DNA of 64,000 nt from Elsinoe ampelina (lineage: Eukaryota). This document shows positions 59,992 to 64,000 of this stretch, piece after piece. Location: assembly GCA_010093995.1 (NCBI GenBank), contig ML992501.1, forward strand, positions 1,155,047-1,219,046. The letters are read 5' to 3'. Positions within the stretch are counted from its first letter, which is position 1; every line of letters begins with the position of its first letter. A program made the position numbers and the translations under genes. A model generated the notes under the pieces. The model worked only from the letters and a program-made list of their open reading frames with translations, was not told where the DNA came from and ran no database searches.

Positions 59992-62259
59992 ATGTCGTCC
60001 AAGTCGAAAGCCCACCTGCGTCAGCGCCACGGCTCAGATGCACTTCGTCTTGAACGCTTCGACGAAGATTCTTCGTTTGACGACGACAACAACAATCACA
60101 ATGGCCCCCTCCTCTCCAATGGAAGCCAGCCCATGTCGCCAAAGCCGCGTGCAGTGCAGAACATGAGCGAGGAGAGTAATTTCAAAGTCTCGAATCGCCA
60201 CAATCGGTCACGATCATCAGCCTACATGTCACCGGGTCTGGTCCAACAGACCTTTGCACAACTTCAAGCAGAGCGGCTTCAAACATCTGCCGGCGCCATG
60301 CCTGTCGACGAGGAGATGACACCCATCGAGAAGCGGCGACCACAATTCCCTTCATCGGCACCTGCCAATGGATCATCACAACCCATCGTCCCGACATGGA
60401 CGAATATGCCATGCAAACCACAATTGGCTATTCTGGCCGCATCACGCTTTGTCGACTTCTTCCAAATGGCGTCATTACAGACGTACATGGTGCATCAACT
60501 CAAATCCTTCGACCCTTCATTACCAGACTCTACCATATCACATCAGGCGGGTGTCTTACTAGGATCATTCACAGCGGCGCAAATCATCACATCTATTCTG
60601 TGGGGACGGCTGGCGGATAAACCTGCCATTGGACGAAAACTTGTTTTGAATATCGGTCTGGTAGGCACTGGTATCAGCATGATCGGCGTGGGTTTCTCAA
60701 AATCTTACTATCAGGCGGTGGCGTGGAGAGTCATGGGTGGTGCCATCAATGGTACCGTCGGGGCCGCAAGGACCATGGTCGCCGAGACTGTCGACAAGCG
60801 GTGGCATCCTCGTGCCTTTCTGCTTTTGCCCGCGGCGTTCAATGTCGCTAACGTGGCTGGTCCTATCTTGGGAGGACTGTTGGTAAACCCTGTGGACAGC
60901 TTCCCAAGATTGTTCGGCGAGAACAGCACATTTGGAGGCCATTCCGGAGTGGCCTGGATGCGGAGTTATCCTTATGCAATCGCCAACATGTTATCCACAT
61001 TTTTGCTATTAGCAGAGGCGGTTCTGGTCACTGTATATCTGGATGAGACACTACGAGGTTACCGAGGATTCGAGTGGAAAGACTATTTGAGCGTTGACAA
61101 AGTGCTTGGTGCGCTCAGAAGTCTGTTCGCCACTATCCGGGGCAGGGGTGTCAAAGCTAGCAGCGACTACCGAACACTCAAAGAGGGCCTTCTCAGCGGC
61201 CGTGAGGATACCAGCGTCGACCTCGACCGCAGCGTAGGCGCTATCGAACTCACAGAAAAAAGCGAGATGATCAAGAACAAGCGTCCCACCCGCCTCCCCT
61301 TCCGTCGCATTTGGACAAGCAATGTCCTCTGGACCATGCTCAGCATCGCCGTCTTCGACTTTCACATGGGGTAAGCTCTTTCCCATCCTCCATTTCCCCC
61401 CTCTGCATGCATACTGACCTCCTCCCCCAGCGCCTTCAACAACCTCTGGATCCTCTTCCTCTCCACCTCCCGCGAATTCGTCCCCACCGACCCGGGCATG
61501 ACCTCCTCCGACTCCCAACCCCAACCCCCACACCCCGCCCGCTCCGTCTCCGCCTTCAAATTCGCCTCCGGCCTCGCCTTTCCCCCTCCCACCATTGGCT
61601 TCGCAATGTCCATTTTGGGATTCATCGGCATCGCGCTGCAATTCCTCCTCTACCCCTGGGCGAACGGCAAGTTCGGACTGATGCGGTGTTTCCGCTCGTC
61701 GCTGTTCCTGTTCCCCCTGGCGTATTTTCTGGCGCCATATATCGCATTACTTCCATCATCATCTCCTTCGCCGGAGCCAGCGAGTGGGTTTTGGGTCTGG
61801 ACGGGGATCGCCCTGGTTTTGCTCTTGCAGGTCGGGGCGAGGACATTTGCCCTGCCGGCGAGTATCATTCTACTGAACAATTGCTGTCCGCACCCGACCG
61901 TGTTGGCGACGATTCATGGTCTGGGGCAGGCGGATAGTGCTACTTTCAGGACGCTGGGGCCGATTCTGGCGGGCGGATGGTACGGAACTTGGTTGGAGCG
62001 AGGGGTGGTGGGGATGGCGTGGTGGATTGTCGCGGCGGTGAGCGCGTTGGGGTGTGGAGCGAGTTTTTATGTGAGGAATGGGAGTGGGCATGAGATATTT
62101 TTGGAGGGCGAGGAGGAGGAGGTGCAGGGTGGGCAGGGGCAGGGTCAGGGTCAGGGACAGGGAGGGCAGGGCCAGGGTCAAGGGACTGGGGCGGGGATGA
62201 GGCAGGTCAGTGGGATGAGTAGGAGGGATAGTGTGGCGGGGCAGCAGCAGCCGAGGTGA
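59992..62259 (+). CDS. MFS transporter (tetracycline-resistance/ZIFL-like family)
   Basis: QLAILAASR, WGRLAD...GRKLVL, NGTVGAARTMVAE, GPILGGLL, YPYA, RTLGPILAG; intron 61371-61430; GQ-repeat tail. Confidence 0.92.
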
Positions 62260-62543
62260 TGTGCTTGACAGAAGAGAAAGACTTGGAAGAAGGGAGGGGA
62301 CTGGACATTGCATTGCGCGGGGTTTTGGAATATTGGGATTGGGCATGTAATCGTACAGAGGTAGAACAGAAAGAGAGTATGATGGGTCGTAGATTCGGTC
62401 GTGATGAAAGGTGGAAATTGAGACCTCCAAGTTGTCTGTCGGGAAGGTGTCTACACTGGCTGAATCTTGGTCTCGGTGTGGTGCTTGCTCCGGCTCTTTC
62501 TTGGGCGCAAGCGCAGTCGCAGGCGCAGACGTGTCAGCCAGGA

Positions 62544-63088
62544 TTAGCTACTCGTGACCATGGTCGTGGTCGGTGTCGTCGGCAATGCTTGAATCAAAGG
62601 CCCTCCGAATCGAGATGTGCCGGGCGTCGTGGCCATCTGCGGCGGGGGTGCGCTCGCTGGGCGAGGCGGAACGATGGAGGCAATGTCGATTACGTGCTCG
62701 CGAAGTGCAAGCGGAAGAGGAGTGGCGGCCTGCCAAGTTGAGGCTCCGCGCAGCGGGATGAAGTTGTGTCCCAAGGAAATCGTGGAGTGCGAGGAAGCTT
62801 GCCCTGACGATGCCATGGTACTGGAGTGGGGCAGCCCCGGATAAGGTGCGGCTCTGGGGGAATTGGCATTGGGATTGGCATGGTTCGGCAAAATGGTCGT
62901 CGTGTTGTTGGCGACTATGTTGTGTCAGATATAGCTCATGATAGGGATGTTGTGAGATATCTACATAGTGGCCAGATATAGTGCTTGAACAGATAGCCCA
63001 AGGGTAAAAGAACGATGGAGGTGACCAATGTTGCGAGAGCCAGGTAGGCCTCGGTGCTCCATGATTGGTTGGTGGGGATGGGCGACAT
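62544..63088 (-). CDS. Small (164 aa) single-transmembrane protein with Pro/Thr-rich tail
   Basis: MSPIPTNQSWSTEAYLALATLVTSIVLLPLGYLFK; intron 62964-62915 (GTAGAT...CTGAC...TAG) splices in frame to ORF 62544-62891. Confidence 0.6.
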
Positions 63089-63659
63089 GGTCGGCTTGAT
63101 CTTTGTAAATGTATGATTGACTCTCAGGTATGTGTTCTGCGGCTGCGATACTGTACTATCTTGTTCAAAAATTGTTGGAGGACAGTTCACGTTTGTTGAT
63201 GGGGGCTTGATCTTATCATATATACTGCCTGCGTGGTGTGGCATTTTGTCGTGAAGGCCGGGCAAACGCCCTGACCTGCGAACAACTTGTGGCTTCACAA
63301 GACGAGACAACTTGACTTGGCGATTGAGGCAGTGCAACGAAAATCCGGGGCAAATGGGGTCAATCGGCGGGTGTTTTTTCTCTTGCCTACAACATACTGG
63401 GGACTGGAAGTCGCCAAGGCAGCAATACATCGAAATCGTCTTCGGCATTAGGGGCTTTGCCAGCAGTGTTGCGCAAGCTACGCTGACAGGCAGTGGAAAA
63501 TCACAATCAAGCATAGGCCGAGCATTTGACGTCCACGTTCACTGATGCTCCCAGCTTGACACGTCTGCAATGTCTGATGGGCGGGGAGAATAAAGACCAC
63601 TCACCGACCAACTTCATTTGGCCCCTGCCTCATTCGGATTCATCCTTCAAGAGTCATGC

Positions 63660-64000
63660 TCATATCTCCTTCAAGAACCCAACCTCAATCAGCCTGTCCG
63701 CTGGCACTTCTAGATCCGCCATTTTTCCCCTCGTGTTCTCCCTAATCCAGAGGAAAGCCCACAGCAAGCCTGCTCTGAACCATCCCGTACCCTCCTTCGT
63801 CTTCATCTGGCCCTTGCCTAGAACATACAATGCACCGCCCGCAAATGCCTTGTCCAGCCTCGTCACCTCCTCCGCCGCCGTCGTCGATGCAGCTCCATAC
63901 TCAGTCACCCCATCTTTGCCCTCCCTCGACTCCACAAAGCCCCTGACCTGCTGATACAACACCGCCGCCAGATCCCCACTCACCACCACATCATTATACC
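63660..64000 (-). CDS. HAK1: HAK/KUP-family potassium transporter, C-terminal fragment (runs off window)
   Basis: C-terminal LYVLGKGQMK...AFLWIRENTR...L.VP.DRLIEVGFLKEI is characteristic of fungal HAK/KUP transporters. Confidence 0.8.
   Translation of the reverse strand, partial: YNDVVVSGDLAAVLYQQVRGFVESREGKDGVTEYGAASTTAAEEVTRLDKAFAGGALYVLGKGQMKTKEGTGWFRAGLLWAFLWIRENTRGKMADLEVPADRLIEVGFLKEI

Noticed and set aside
28844..64000. Many overlapping antisense and alternate-frame ORFs in the track
   Set aside because: Shadow ORFs of GC-rich, C/G-skewed coding sequence with low-complexity translations.

Overview
Filamentous-ascomycete (Pezizomycotina) DNA in two sharply separated compartments. Bases 1-28890 are an AT-rich block destroyed by repeat-induced point mutation (RIP). 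It resolves into a nested stack with recognisable LTRs and target-site duplications. An intron-containing pogo/Tigger-like DNA transposon (right TIR at 28890) hosts Gypsy D and Gypsy A'. A' hosts an inverted copy of its own family (A), and A hosts Gypsy B and Copia C. Main finding: all three distinct chromodomain-bearing Gypsy families (A, B, D) carry, between the chromodomain and the 3' LTR, an ANTISENSE, intron-containing gene. After undoing RIP transitions, each encodes a C-x2-C-x(9-21)-C-x(9-12)-C-x2-C-x6-C zinc-cluster-like domain, and A and B share an intron position. Bases 28891-64000 are GC-balanced and gene-rich: secreted L-amino-acid oxidase, capping protein alpha, AsaB-like oxygenase, SDR, two MFS transporters, a frameshifted RNase H, bleomycin hydrolase, a Sulfotransfer_4-type sulfotransferase next to an arylsulfotransferase (possible two-step sulfation relay), two small related single-TM genes, two proteins of unknown function and the 3' end of a HAK/KUP potassium transporter. 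Several genes switch from C-rich to G-rich coding strand near their 3' ends. All de-RIP translations were done by eye and are inferences; no database search was run.
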